DNA from: an uncultured virus (IMG/VR IMGVR_UViG_3300037507_001084)
Taxonomy: Duplodnaviria > Heunggongvirae > Uroviricota > Caudoviricetes
IMG/VR virus record: IMGVR_UViG_3300037507_001084
Direction: 5' to 3' (one strand)
Length of the DNA stretch: 20,000 nt
A model generated the notes under the pieces. The model was not told the origin of the DNA and did no database searches. It worked only from the letters and a program-made list of their open reading frames with translations. The translations under genes and the position numbers were made by a program. This document shows, in pieces, positions 7,284 to 14,449 of the stretch; the stretch's first letter is position 1, and every line of letters starts with the position of its first letter.

Positions 7284-7311
7284 TGTTAAGAAATGGAAAC
7301 ATTTCTTCACA
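7284..7311 (+). promoter_or_regulatory. psbA 5'-leader hairpin with a GAAA tetraloop
   Basis: TGTTAAGAAATG-GAAA-CATTTCTTCACA, 11 of 12 positions pair. Confidence 0.6.
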
Positions 7312-7342
7312 ATACTTACCCTCAACTACTCGGAGTATTTCA

Positions 7343-8425
7343 ATGACTGCAACTATCGCACAACGTCGCGGTGGTGAAAACATTTGGGAAAGCTTCTGCG
7401 AGTGGGTTACCTCTACCAACAATCGTCTTTATGTTGGTTGGTTTGGAACTCTTATGATTCCTACCCTCCTTGCAGCAACCATCTGCTTCATCGTCGCTTT
7501 CATCGCCGCACCCCCCGTGGATATTGACGGCATCCGTGAGCCTGTCGCTGGTTCACTAATGTATGGAAACAACATCATCTCTGGTGCTGTTGTTCCTTCA
7601 AGCAACGCTATTGGTCTTCACTTTTATCCCATCTGGAATGCCATGTCGCTCGATGAGTGGCTATATAATGGTGGTCCTTATCAACTGGTGGTCTTCCACT
7701 TTCTTATCGGTGTCTTCTCTTACATGGGTCGTGAATGGGAACTTTCTTACCGACTTGGTATGCGTCCTTGGATTTGTGTTGCCTACAGCGCACCCGTTGC
7801 TGCTGCTACTGCAGTTTTCCTCGTCTATCCCTTTGGACAAGGTTCCTTCTCTGATGGTATGCCGCTCGGCATTAGCGGAACATTTAACTACATGCTTGTT
7901 TTTCAGGCGGAGCATAACATCCTCATGCACCCCTTCCATATGCTTGGGGTGGCTGGTGTATTTGGTGGTTCTCTTTTCTCTGCTATGCATGGATCTTTGG
8001 TCACTAGTTCCCTCGTCCGCGAAACAACTGAAACTGAATCTCAGAACTACGGATACAAGTTCGGACAAGAAGAAGAGACCTACAACATTGTAGCTGCTCA
8101 CGGTTATTTTGGTCGCCTTATTTTCCAATACGCTTCCTTCAATAACTCTCGTAGTCTTCACTTCTTCCTTGCTGCCTGGCCTGTAGTTGGCATCTGGTTT
8201 GCTGCTCTTGGTGTTAGTACCATGGCATTCAACCTCAACGGATTCAACTTTAATCAGTCGCTGCTTGATAACAACGGTCGCGTGATCAACACCTGGGCAG
8301 ACATCCTTAACCGTGCTAATCTCGGTTTTGAAGTGATGCACGAGCGTAACGCTCACAACTTCCCTCTTGACCTTGCTGCTGCTGATATGACACCTGTTGC
8401 TCTTACAGCACCTGCTATCGGTTGA
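7343..8425 (+). CDS. psbA: photosystem II D1 protein, 360 aa, intron-less
   Basis: Unambiguous D1 sequence ([13 protein letters not shown] ... [13 protein letters not shown]); start at MTATIAQ after GGAG; E130 form; Mn-cluster ligands intact. Confidence 0.99.
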   Translation: MTATIAQRRGGENIWESFCEWVTSTNNRLYVGWFGTLMIPTLLAATICFIVAFIAAPPVDIDGIREPVAGSLMYGNNIISGAVVPSSNAIGLHFYPIWNAMSLDEWLYNGGPYQLVVFHFLIGVFSYMGREWELSYRLGMRPWICVAYSAPVAAATAVFLVYPFGQGSFSDGMPLGISGTFNYMLVFQAEHNILMHPFHMLGVAGVFGGSLFSAMHGSLVTSSLVRETTETESQNYGYKFGQEEETYNIVAAHGYFGRLIFQYASFNNSRSLHFFLAAWPVVGIWFAALGVSTMAFNLNGFNFNQSLLDNNGRVINTWADILNRANLGFEVMHERNAHNFPLDLAAADMTPVALTAPAIG

Positions 8426-8443
8426 TTGTTTTCAATACATCAC

Positions 8444-8469
8444 AGACCTCCTTCGGGGGGTCTTTTTTT
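8444..8469 (+). terminator. intrinsic terminator after psbA (cUUCGg loop)
   Basis: AGACCTCC-TTCG-GGGGGTCT followed by a T tract. Confidence 0.92.
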
Positions 8470-8510
8470 GTCTAGAAACTAACCTACATAGAGAGGTATG
8501 TCATACAAAA

Positions 8511-8672
8511 ATGAAAACCTTAACACTCACAGAAAAAGAAATAAAACTTTTAGCAGATGCTGTGTGGATGAGACAAAGATGTTTTATTGCTGGTGACAGA
8601 AGATTTAAAGAATATGGAAAAATGTTAGACCAGTTACTTGAAGATATGAATTATACTCCAACAAGATTTTGA
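8511..8672 (+). CDS. hypothetical protein, 53 aa (MKTLTLTEKEIKLLADAVWMRQR...)
   Basis: ORF track trimmed to the ATG at 8511; abuts the next gene. Confidence 0.7.
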   Translation: MKTLTLTEKEIKLLADAVWMRQRCFIAGDRRFKEYGKMLDQLLEDMNYTPTRF

Positions 8673-8674
8673 TT

Positions 8675-9382
8675 ATGACTTACGATACAGTTTTTATTTC
8701 TGATGTTCATTTGGGCACCAATAGGTGTAACACTCAGAAATTTTTAAAATTTATCAAAGAACTTAAAACAAAAAAGTTAGTATTGGTAGGTGATATTATT
8801 GACATCGCTTGCTTAGAAACATATCATACACATTGGAAAAAAGAACACACTGAATGTGTTCATCAGATTTTAAATCTCGCCAAGAAAGGCACAGAAATTG
8901 TTTATATTCTAGGAAATCACGAAGGTCAGATTCGTCGTTACTGTGATTTTGAGCACAAGAATTTTAAAATGGTGGATGAATACACACATAAAGATTCAAA
9001 AGGCAATAAGTTTCTTTGTGTACACGGTGATAAGTATTCAGAATATTCTTCTGGGTCTTGGAAGCAATTGATATTCAACAAGGGATATGAATTTATCACA
9101 CCATTGAGTTTGTTTCTAGAAAGATTCTTTCGTTTCTCATTGGTGTATGCTTTGAAAAATACCATTCGTGGAAAGAGATACATCAATCAATATGAGACTG
9201 ATGTGGCATCATATTGTATACAGAGAGATAAGAAATATGATGGTGTGATTTGTGGTCATATTCATCACGCAAACATTCGTTACTTCAATAAACTTCTTTA
9301 TATGTGCTGTGGGGATTGGTGTGACACTTGCTCGGCAATTGTAGAAAAGAATGGAATATATTCTTTAGAAAGATACAAATAA
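8675..9382 (+). CDS. calcineurin-like metallophosphoesterase, LpxH2/PlcP-like
   Basis: FISDVHLG, LVGDIID, GNHE, HGD, DGVICGHIHHA and GDW motifs. Confidence 0.85.
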   Translation: MTYDTVFISDVHLGTNRCNTQKFLKFIKELKTKKLVLVGDIIDIACLETYHTHWKKEHTECVHQILNLAKKGTEIVYILGNHEGQIRRYCDFEHKNFKMVDEYTHKDSKGNKFLCVHGDKYSEYSSGSWKQLIFNKGYEFITPLSLFLERFFRFSLVYALKNTIRGKRYINQYETDVASYCIQRDKKYDGVICGHIHHANIRYFNKLLYMCCGDWCDTCSAIVEKNGIYSLERYK

Positions 9383-9386
9383 CGGT

Positions 9387-9394
9387 AATAAATA
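9387..9394 (+). promoter_or_regulatory. late-type promoter AATAAATA upstream of speD
   Basis: Intergenic (A)ATAAATA followed by a GGAG RBS and the start codon. Confidence 0.6.
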
Positions 9395-9413
9395 TAACGT
9401 TATTGGAGACACA

Positions 9414-9764
9414 TTGATGGATGAAGTGCTGGGGGTTCATCACATCGCAGAGTTATGCGAGTGTAATGCTGACCTTTTAAACAACTCAGAATTTATTAGC
9501 ACTTCCCTTAGGCAAGCAGTAGAACACGCGAACGCAACGTTACTAGAAGAAATCAAATACGAATTCACGCCACAGGGAATCACTGCTGTTTGCTTACTAT
9601 CAGAAAGTCACATCAGTATTCATACTTGGCCTGAGAAAGGATATGCTGCTGTAGATATCTTTACGTGTGGTGACCATACCATGCCTCACAAGGCTTGCGA
9701 ATATATGATTCAGGTGCTAGAATGTGTAAAACCAAACATTCGCGTATATTTGAGAGGTATTTGA
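9414..9764 (+). CDS. speD: S-adenosylmethionine decarboxylase proenzyme (pyruvoyl-dependent)
   Basis: FTPQGITAVCLLSESHISIHTWPE with the E-SH cleavage site, and DIFTCG. Confidence 0.93.
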   Translation: MMDEVLGVHHIAELCECNADLLNNSEFISTSLRQAVEHANATLLEEIKYEFTPQGITAVCLLSESHISIHTWPEKGYAAVDIFTCGDHTMPHKACEYMIQVLECVKPNIRVYLRGI

Positions 9765-10033
9765 TGGAAATAGTAGCATATACTTTGCCAGGATGTTCTC
9801 ATTGTAAAACCCTTAAAGAACTTTTTAAGAGAGCAAAGACAGATTATACTGAGGTAGTTGTAAAGAGAGACATGCCTTTAGATGAATTTGAATCATTATT
9901 TCCAGGAGTCAATATGTTTCCTTTTGTTGTTGTGGATGGAAGACAGATTGGAGGACTTGTTGACGCGGTTAAATTATTTGTGAAAGAAGGACTAGTAACA
10001 AGCTCCAAGAATAAAAATGGCGGCAGCAATTGA
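9764..10033 (+). CDS. glutaredoxin (NrdC-like), 89 aa
   Basis: CSHC active site, FP and IGG motifs; TGATG coupling to speD. Confidence 0.88.
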   Translation: MEIVAYTLPGCSHCKTLKELFKRAKTDYTEVVVKRDMPLDEFESLFPGVNMFPFVVVDGRQIGGLVDAVKLFVKEGLVTSSKNKNGGSN

Positions 10034-10367
10034 AACATTGTATGATGTAGTAAACGAAGCAATCAATCTTGTTTTTTCTGAAGACAAATATGATTTAGAT
10101 TTTTTTGTTTATCTTTCGTCTCAAAAAATCTCAAGAAATGATATAAAAAAATTTATTAAATCATACTTGTATACATCTCTTGTTGATCAAGTTAATGAAT
10201 TAAATTTATATTTAATTGATAATGCTTTATTAAAAGAAGCTTATGAATGGATGGGCGAACAGAGAGTAATAAAAACCAGAGATTTTTTGAATAAAATTAT
10301 TGAAGATGCTAAACAGTATGAAAAATCAAAACGACCTGGAAGAAAACCAAAAACTTCAAATAAATAA
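10017..10367 (+). CDS. hypothetical T4-like cyanophage protein
   Basis: ORF track; LKEAY motif and basic tail KRPGRKPK. Confidence 0.8.
   Translation: MAAAIETLYDVVNEAINLVFSEDKYDLDFFVYLSSQKISRNDIKKFIKSYLYTSLVDQVNELNLYLIDNALLKEAYEWMGEQRVIKTRDFLNKIIEDAKQYEKSKRPGRKPKTSNK
10359..10366 (+). promoter_or_regulatory. late-type promoter AATAAATA
   Basis: At the end of the upstream gene, followed by AAGG and the ATG at 10381. Confidence 0.55.
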
Positions 10368-10380
10368 AGGTATAGAATTC

Positions 10381-10515
10381 ATGTTGCGTAGGAGGGTTGA
10401 TAAAGTCAAACCTAAGCATGGATTAAATTTAAGTAACACTTTTCACCTCCTACGCAGAACATTCCATTTTCATCTGGAGTTTTCCTGGGAGGTTGACAAA
10501 CCAACAAGGGAGTAG
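10381..10515 (+). CDS. hypothetical 44-aa protein (MLRRRVDKVKPK...)
   Basis: ORF track trimmed to the ATG after the late promoter. Confidence 0.55.
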   Translation: MLRRRVDKVKPKHGLNLSNTFHLLRRTFHFHLEFSWEVDKPTRE

Positions 10516-10521
10516 TAAGAT
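10493..10521 (+). promoter_or_regulatory. sigma70-type promoter TTGACA-N17-TAAGAT, probably driving rnh
   Basis: TTGACA 10493-10498; TAAGAT 10516-10521. Confidence 0.55.
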
Positions 10522-10762
10522 GGAGTCAGCAACACCATATATCTTATTCTTTAGTGGAATAGGTATCGTAGGGTCTTTTATGATTGGACTGATGATCGGA
10601 TGGTTCGGAAACGATATCGTCTATTCATTTTTAAACAAGAACAGGATTGTTCCTATGCATCCTGAAATGTTTGATGAAAATGGTCAACTGATTCCTGATG
10701 AGATCGTAGCGGTTCGCTTTGAGAATTCTGAAGATTTTGAGGAGTACGACGAAGAGGATTAA
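10520..10762 (+). CDS. membrane protein, DUF2973-like (HPEMFDENG...VRF)
   Basis: N-terminal TM, HPE.DENG motif, acidic tail; GGGAG RBS. Confidence 0.75.
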   Translation: MESATPYILFFSGIGIVGSFMIGLMIGWFGNDIVYSFLNKNRIVPMHPEMFDENGQLIPDEIVAVRFENSEDFEEYDEED

Positions 10763-11653
10763 ATGATTCTAATTGATATGAATCAGATTATGATTAGTAA
10801 TCTGATGGTGCAACTGAAAGGCGATGCTTTGAATGAAAATCTTGTTCGTCATATGGTGCTTACTGCCCTTCGCGCATTTGAAAAACAATACTCTCCTAAG
10901 TATGGTGAGGTTGTTCTTGCGTATGACAGTAAGCACTACTGGCGAAAGGAAGCATTTCCTTATTACAAACAGAATAGAAAGAAAGACCGAGAAGCATCTG
11001 ATCTAGATTGGAATGCTATCTTCGAAGTCTTGAATAAGATACGCGATGAAATTAAAAACTTTTTTCCGTATAAAGTTGTTGAGGTATATGGAGCTGAGGC
11101 TGATGATGTTATCAGTACTCTCACCACCTATCAAGCCTATCGTAATATTAAACTCCAGAAAGCAGGAGAAGATGCTGAACAAGTTTTAATCTTGTCTGGC
11201 GATAAAGATTTTATTCAACTACAAAAATATCCTTTTGTGAAGCAATACAATCCTATTTTAAAAAAGGAGATTAAACATGCGGACCCAAAAGCATATGCTA
11301 GAGAGCATATCATTAAGGGAGATAAGTCAGATGGCATACCTAACTTCCTATCTGATGCTGATACATTTGTGGTAGGTAAAAGACAGAAACCTATAAGTAA
11401 GAAAAACTTAGAAAAGTGGGTAAAGCAAGATCCATCTGCATTCTGTCTTGATCAACAAGCGAGAGAAAACTATGAGCGCAATCGAAAATTGATTGATCTT
11501 TCTTGTATTCCAGAACACCTTGCTACAGAAATTGTTAATTATTACAAGTCACTAAATAGCAACGAAAGGAAAGTTCCATTGGAATACTTCCAAGAACATC
11601 AACTTACCAAGTTGATGGAAGATTTCGTATTTCGTAACACACAACCATTTTGA
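10763..11653 (+). CDS. rnh: T4-like RNase H (5'-3' exonuclease)
   Basis: MILIDMNQ, YWRK...YKQNR, EADD, SGDKDFIQL, GDKSDGIPN. Confidence 0.95.
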   Translation: MILIDMNQIMISNLMVQLKGDALNENLVRHMVLTALRAFEKQYSPKYGEVVLAYDSKHYWRKEAFPYYKQNRKKDREASDLDWNAIFEVLNKIRDEIKNFFPYKVVEVYGAEADDVISTLTTYQAYRNIKLQKAGEDAEQVLILSGDKDFIQLQKYPFVKQYNPILKKEIKHADPKAYAREHIIKGDKSDGIPNFLSDADTFVVGKRQKPISKKNLEKWVKQDPSAFCLDQQARENYERNRKLIDLSCIPEHLATEIVNYYKSLNSNERKVPLEYFQEHQLTKLMEDFVFRNTQPF

Positions 11654-11659
11654 ATTGAC

Positions 11660-12109
11660 ATGGCAACTAAAACATATCGCCCTCTAATTTCAGAGGTGCT
11701 ACGCAAAACCAATAACGCAAAGACTAAAGAAGAAAAGAAACGAATTTTGTTAGAAAATAACACGCAAGTTCTTCGTTCTCTTTTCATCTGGAACTTTGAT
11801 GATAGTGTAGTTTCTATGCTACCTGAGGGAGAAGTTCCGTATGTAACTAATCCAGCACCAGAAGGAACGGATCATCTGTTACTTGAAAATGAAGGTAAGA
11901 AAATGTTCCACTTTGTCAAAGGTGGATCTAATATTACCCAAAGTAAAAGAGAACAAATCTTTTTAGGTATGCTTGAAAATCTTCATCCTGATGAAGCAGA
12001 GATTCTTTGCTTGGTGAAAGATAAGAAGCTTCAAACAAAATACAATAGAATTTCAAAAGCATTAGTACAAGAAACATTTCCACAAATTCAATGGGGAGGA
12101 CGTAGTTAA
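11660..12109 (+). CDS. conserved T4-like hypothetical protein, 149 aa
   Basis: LPEGEVPY, KRE.IF..MLE.LHPDEAE motifs; usual neighbour of rnh. Confidence 0.85.
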   Translation: MATKTYRPLISEVLRKTNNAKTKEEKKRILLENNTQVLRSLFIWNFDDSVVSMLPEGEVPYVTNPAPEGTDHLLLENEGKKMFHFVKGGSNITQSKREQIFLGMLENLHPDEAEILCLVKDKKLQTKYNRISKALVQETFPQIQWGGRS

Positions 12110-12363
12110 TGAAAATTCTCCATCAAAACTGTGATCCTAGTATTGCCAAAGATCGTGGTTTACCTTATAATGCTTATCTAGTTACCTATGAAATTGATGG
12201 AGCACTCGCATATGATTTAGTTATTCCAGATAAACAAATCGAAATTTTTGATTATTACTGGGATAGATATAGAGAGGGTTTGAAGGGTTGGAAACAATCT
12301 GAGGGGAGAGTTAATCCAAAGCTTTGGGATTCCCCGTCAAAAGAACAAAAGAAAAAGAGGTAA
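12109..12363 (+). CDS. conserved cyanophage hypothetical protein, 84 aa
   Basis: ORF track; TAATG coupling to the upstream gene. Confidence 0.8.
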   Translation: MKILHQNCDPSIAKDRGLPYNAYLVTYEIDGALAYDLVIPDKQIEIFDYYWDRYREGLKGWKQSEGRVNPKLWDSPSKEQKKKR

Positions 12364-12364
12364 A

Positions 12365-12760
12365 ATGATTATTAATCAATCAGCAAAGACACAAGCGTTG
12401 TCTTATCTTGTTGGAAGTGATACAACCGTAGAGGCATTAACACTAAGGTTGTTTTCTAATAACTCTGCTATCACTGATAGCACTGTTGTTGCTTCTGTAA
12501 CTGAAGTTACTACTGGAGATGGATATACTCCTAAAGTATTAACTGGTTCTTCGTGGACAGTTAGTGCTGGTCCTCCTCCTTCAGCTTCATATCCACAACA
12601 AACTTGGACATTCACAGCACCAAAAGGAAATATCTATGGTTACTATGTAACTAACGCTTCTGGTATTTTACTTTTGGCAGAAAAATTTTCTACTGGTCCA
12701 TACAATGTTCAGACCAGTGGTGATGTTATTTCAGTAACTTTATCCTTGCGTCTTACTTGA
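12365..12760 (+). CDS. putative small beta-rich virion structural protein, 131 aa
   Basis: T/S-rich; LRLFSNN...GY...ASYPQQTWTFT...IYGYYV...AEKF pattern seen in phage structural modules. Confidence 0.6.
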   Translation: MIINQSAKTQALSYLVGSDTTVEALTLRLFSNNSAITDSTVVASVTEVTTGDGYTPKVLTGSSWTVSAGPPPSASYPQQTWTFTAPKGNIYGYYVTNASGILLLAEKFSTGPYNVQTSGDVISVTLSLRLT

Positions 12761-12763
12761 TAT

Positions 12764-13030
12764 ATGAATGAAGATAATATTGAATTGAATAGTGAAGAAG
12801 AAATTTTAAACGATGAGAACTACGAGTCTCCTATCGTACAAAGAAATATGTTCTATGCTAATGATGCGTTGAAACCACCGCCACCAGATGCTTCTGAAAT
12901 TGATAAAAGAAAGTATCTACAAATACGCGAGTCTGTAAAACGTCTTCGTCGCCTAGAAAAAAATCCATTATTTCAAATACAAATGATGGACTTAAAACAA
13001 CAAGTGAAGGATGAATCTAATGACGGTTAA
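12764..13030 (+). CDS. hypothetical protein, 88 aa
   Basis: ORF track; operon spacing. Confidence 0.7.
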   Translation: MNEDNIELNSEEEILNDENYESPIVQRNMFYANDALKPPPPDASEIDKRKYLQIRESVKRLRRLEKNPLFQIQMMDLKQQVKDESNDG

Positions 13031-13652
13031 ACTTATTTCGGTGACACCAGATGCGGAAAAGACAATGGCATATATTGCTAGAGTGTCTAACCCTAGTAAT
13101 CAAGATAACGAAAACTATGCGGGGTTACTTCGTTATTGTATTGAGCATAATCATTGGTCTGTGTTTGAACAATCTCATATGACACTTGAGATTGAAACAA
13201 CTCGTGGCATCGCGGCACAAGTGCTTCGTCACAGGAGCTTCACATTCCAAGAGTTTTCACAGCGTTATGCTGATACAAATCTAATTACTGAAAATATTCC
13301 TGTACCTGATCTTCGTCGTCAGGATACTAAGAATCGTCAGAACTCCACTGACGACCTTGGAGACTATGTGAAACTGAAGTTTCAAGCAGAGATTGCTGAG
13401 CACTTCACCGCCGCCAACAACCTCTATAAGCGTCTCCTAGAGGCGGGAGTCGCTAAGGAGTGTGCTCGCTTTGTGTTGCCCCTGGCAACGCCCACAAGGA
13501 TCTACATGACGGGCTCATGTCGCTCATGGATTCATTACATTGACCTTCGCTCTGCCCATGGTACTCAAAGGGAACACATGGAGATTGCTGAGGGATGTAA
13601 AGAGGTTTTTAAAACCCAGTTCCCAACGGTTGCGGAAGCCATGGAATGGTGA
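13020..13652 (+). CDS. thyX: flavin-dependent thymidylate synthase
   Basis: HWSVFE, RHRSFTFQEFSQRY, ECARFVLP, QREH; start at MTVKLIS after AAGGA. Confidence 0.96.
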   Translation: MTVKLISVTPDAEKTMAYIARVSNPSNQDNENYAGLLRYCIEHNHWSVFEQSHMTLEIETTRGIAAQVLRHRSFTFQEFSQRYADTNLITENIPVPDLRRQDTKNRQNSTDDLGDYVKLKFQAEIAEHFTAANNLYKRLLEAGVAKECARFVLPLATPTRIYMTGSCRSWIHYIDLRSAHGTQREHMEIAEGCKEVFKTQFPTVAEAMEW

Positions 13653-13658
13653 TATAAT
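13630..13658 (+). promoter_or_regulatory. sigma70 promoter TTGCGG-N17-TATAAT with extended -10, embedded in the thyX 3' end
   Basis: TTGCGG 13630-13635; the thyX stop TGA (13650-13652) forms the TGn; TATAAT 13653-13658. Confidence 0.7.
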
Positions 13659-13679
13659 GGGGTCAACCACGAAGACCCC

Positions 13680-14243
13680 ATGAATATCTTCTACCTCAGT
13701 TACGACCCTCGTACTTGTGCCGCCGAGCATTGCGATAAGCATGTGGTTAAAATGATTGTTGAGTACGCTCAGCTTCTTTCCACTGCTCATCGTGTGCTCG
13801 ACGGCATTCCTTATACGCAAAAATCTCCCAAAGGTAAAACAGTTAAGCGTTACCGATTAGAAAAACCACGGGAAGATGTGCTTTATAAAGCTTGTCACAT
13901 CAACCATCCATCTGCTGTATGGGTTAGACAATCTCGCTCGCACTATCGTTGGTTATTCGATTTGTTTCAGCACTGTTGTGTAGAGTATACCCGTCGCTAT
14001 AAAAATTATCATAGCACAGAAAGTTTGATTAGTTATCTTTGGGTTGCTCCATTTAACATACCAGAAGCAGGATGGATAGATCCGCCCCCCGCAATGCCAG
14101 ATAAATATAAAGTGCCTGGAGATACCATCCAGTCATATCGTAACTATTATATCGGAGATAAAATTTCATTTGCGAAATGGAAATCTCCTTCCACCACTCC
14201 ATCATGGTTTACTGAAGATGCCAACTTACAAATTCAAAGATAA
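13680..14243 (+). CDS. pyrimidine-dimer DNA glycosylase-like (Pyr_excise/DenV superfamily) protein
   Basis: MNIFYL....AAEHCDKHVVKMIVEYAQLLSTAH, LYK.CHINHPSAVWVR, PPAMPD.YK, YRNYY. Confidence 0.75.
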   Translation: MNIFYLSYDPRTCAAEHCDKHVVKMIVEYAQLLSTAHRVLDGIPYTQKSPKGKTVKRYRLEKPREDVLYKACHINHPSAVWVRQSRSHYRWLFDLFQHCCVEYTRRYKNYHSTESLISYLWVAPFNIPEAGWIDPPPAMPDKYKVPGDTIQSYRNYYIGDKISFAKWKSPSTTPSWFTEDANLQIQR

Positions 14244-14448
14244 TAATACAGGTGAAGAGTTTGAAAAGTGGATGATGATGGCAGAAAGAGAACCTTATCT
14301 TGAAGCTAATCCTCATATTACTCAGATGCCCACTATACTACACGCGGTATCTGAAGTAGGAAACTGGCAAAACAAAACCGATAGCGATTGGAAACACATC
14401 ATCAATCGTGCCGCAGATACACCTGGATCTAACATTAACCGTCTCTAA
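14218..14448 (+). CDS. conserved T4-like protein with an FmdB-like N-terminus (MPTYKF...TGEEFE), 76 aa
   Basis: MPTYxF motif; usual gene upstream of phoH. Confidence 0.8.
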   Translation: MPTYKFKDNNTGEEFEKWMMMAEREPYLEANPHITQMPTILHAVSEVGNWQNKTDSDWKHIINRAADTPGSNINRL

Positions 14449-14449
14449 T

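Noticed and set aside
7283..7342. 20-aa N-terminal extension of D1 given in the ORF track
   Set aside because: Its ATG sits at the predicted transcription start and inside the leader hairpin; the canonical start with a GGAG RBS is at 7343
7563..8356. Alternative-frame (176 aa) and antisense (231 aa) ORFs within psbA
   Set aside because: Typical shadow ORFs of psbA codon bias; no recognisable protein features
8470..8530. Pho box upstream of the metallophosphoesterase operon
   Set aside because: Only isolated half-sites (ACTAACCT, CTTAACAC), not tandem at an 11-bp period
7343..8672. Group I intron or homing endonuclease associated with psbA
   Set aside because: D1 is uninterrupted and directly followed by a terminator; no HNH/GIY-YIG ORF nearby
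11655..11685. TTGACA after rnh as a promoter
   Set aside because: No acceptable -10 at 16-18 nt spacing
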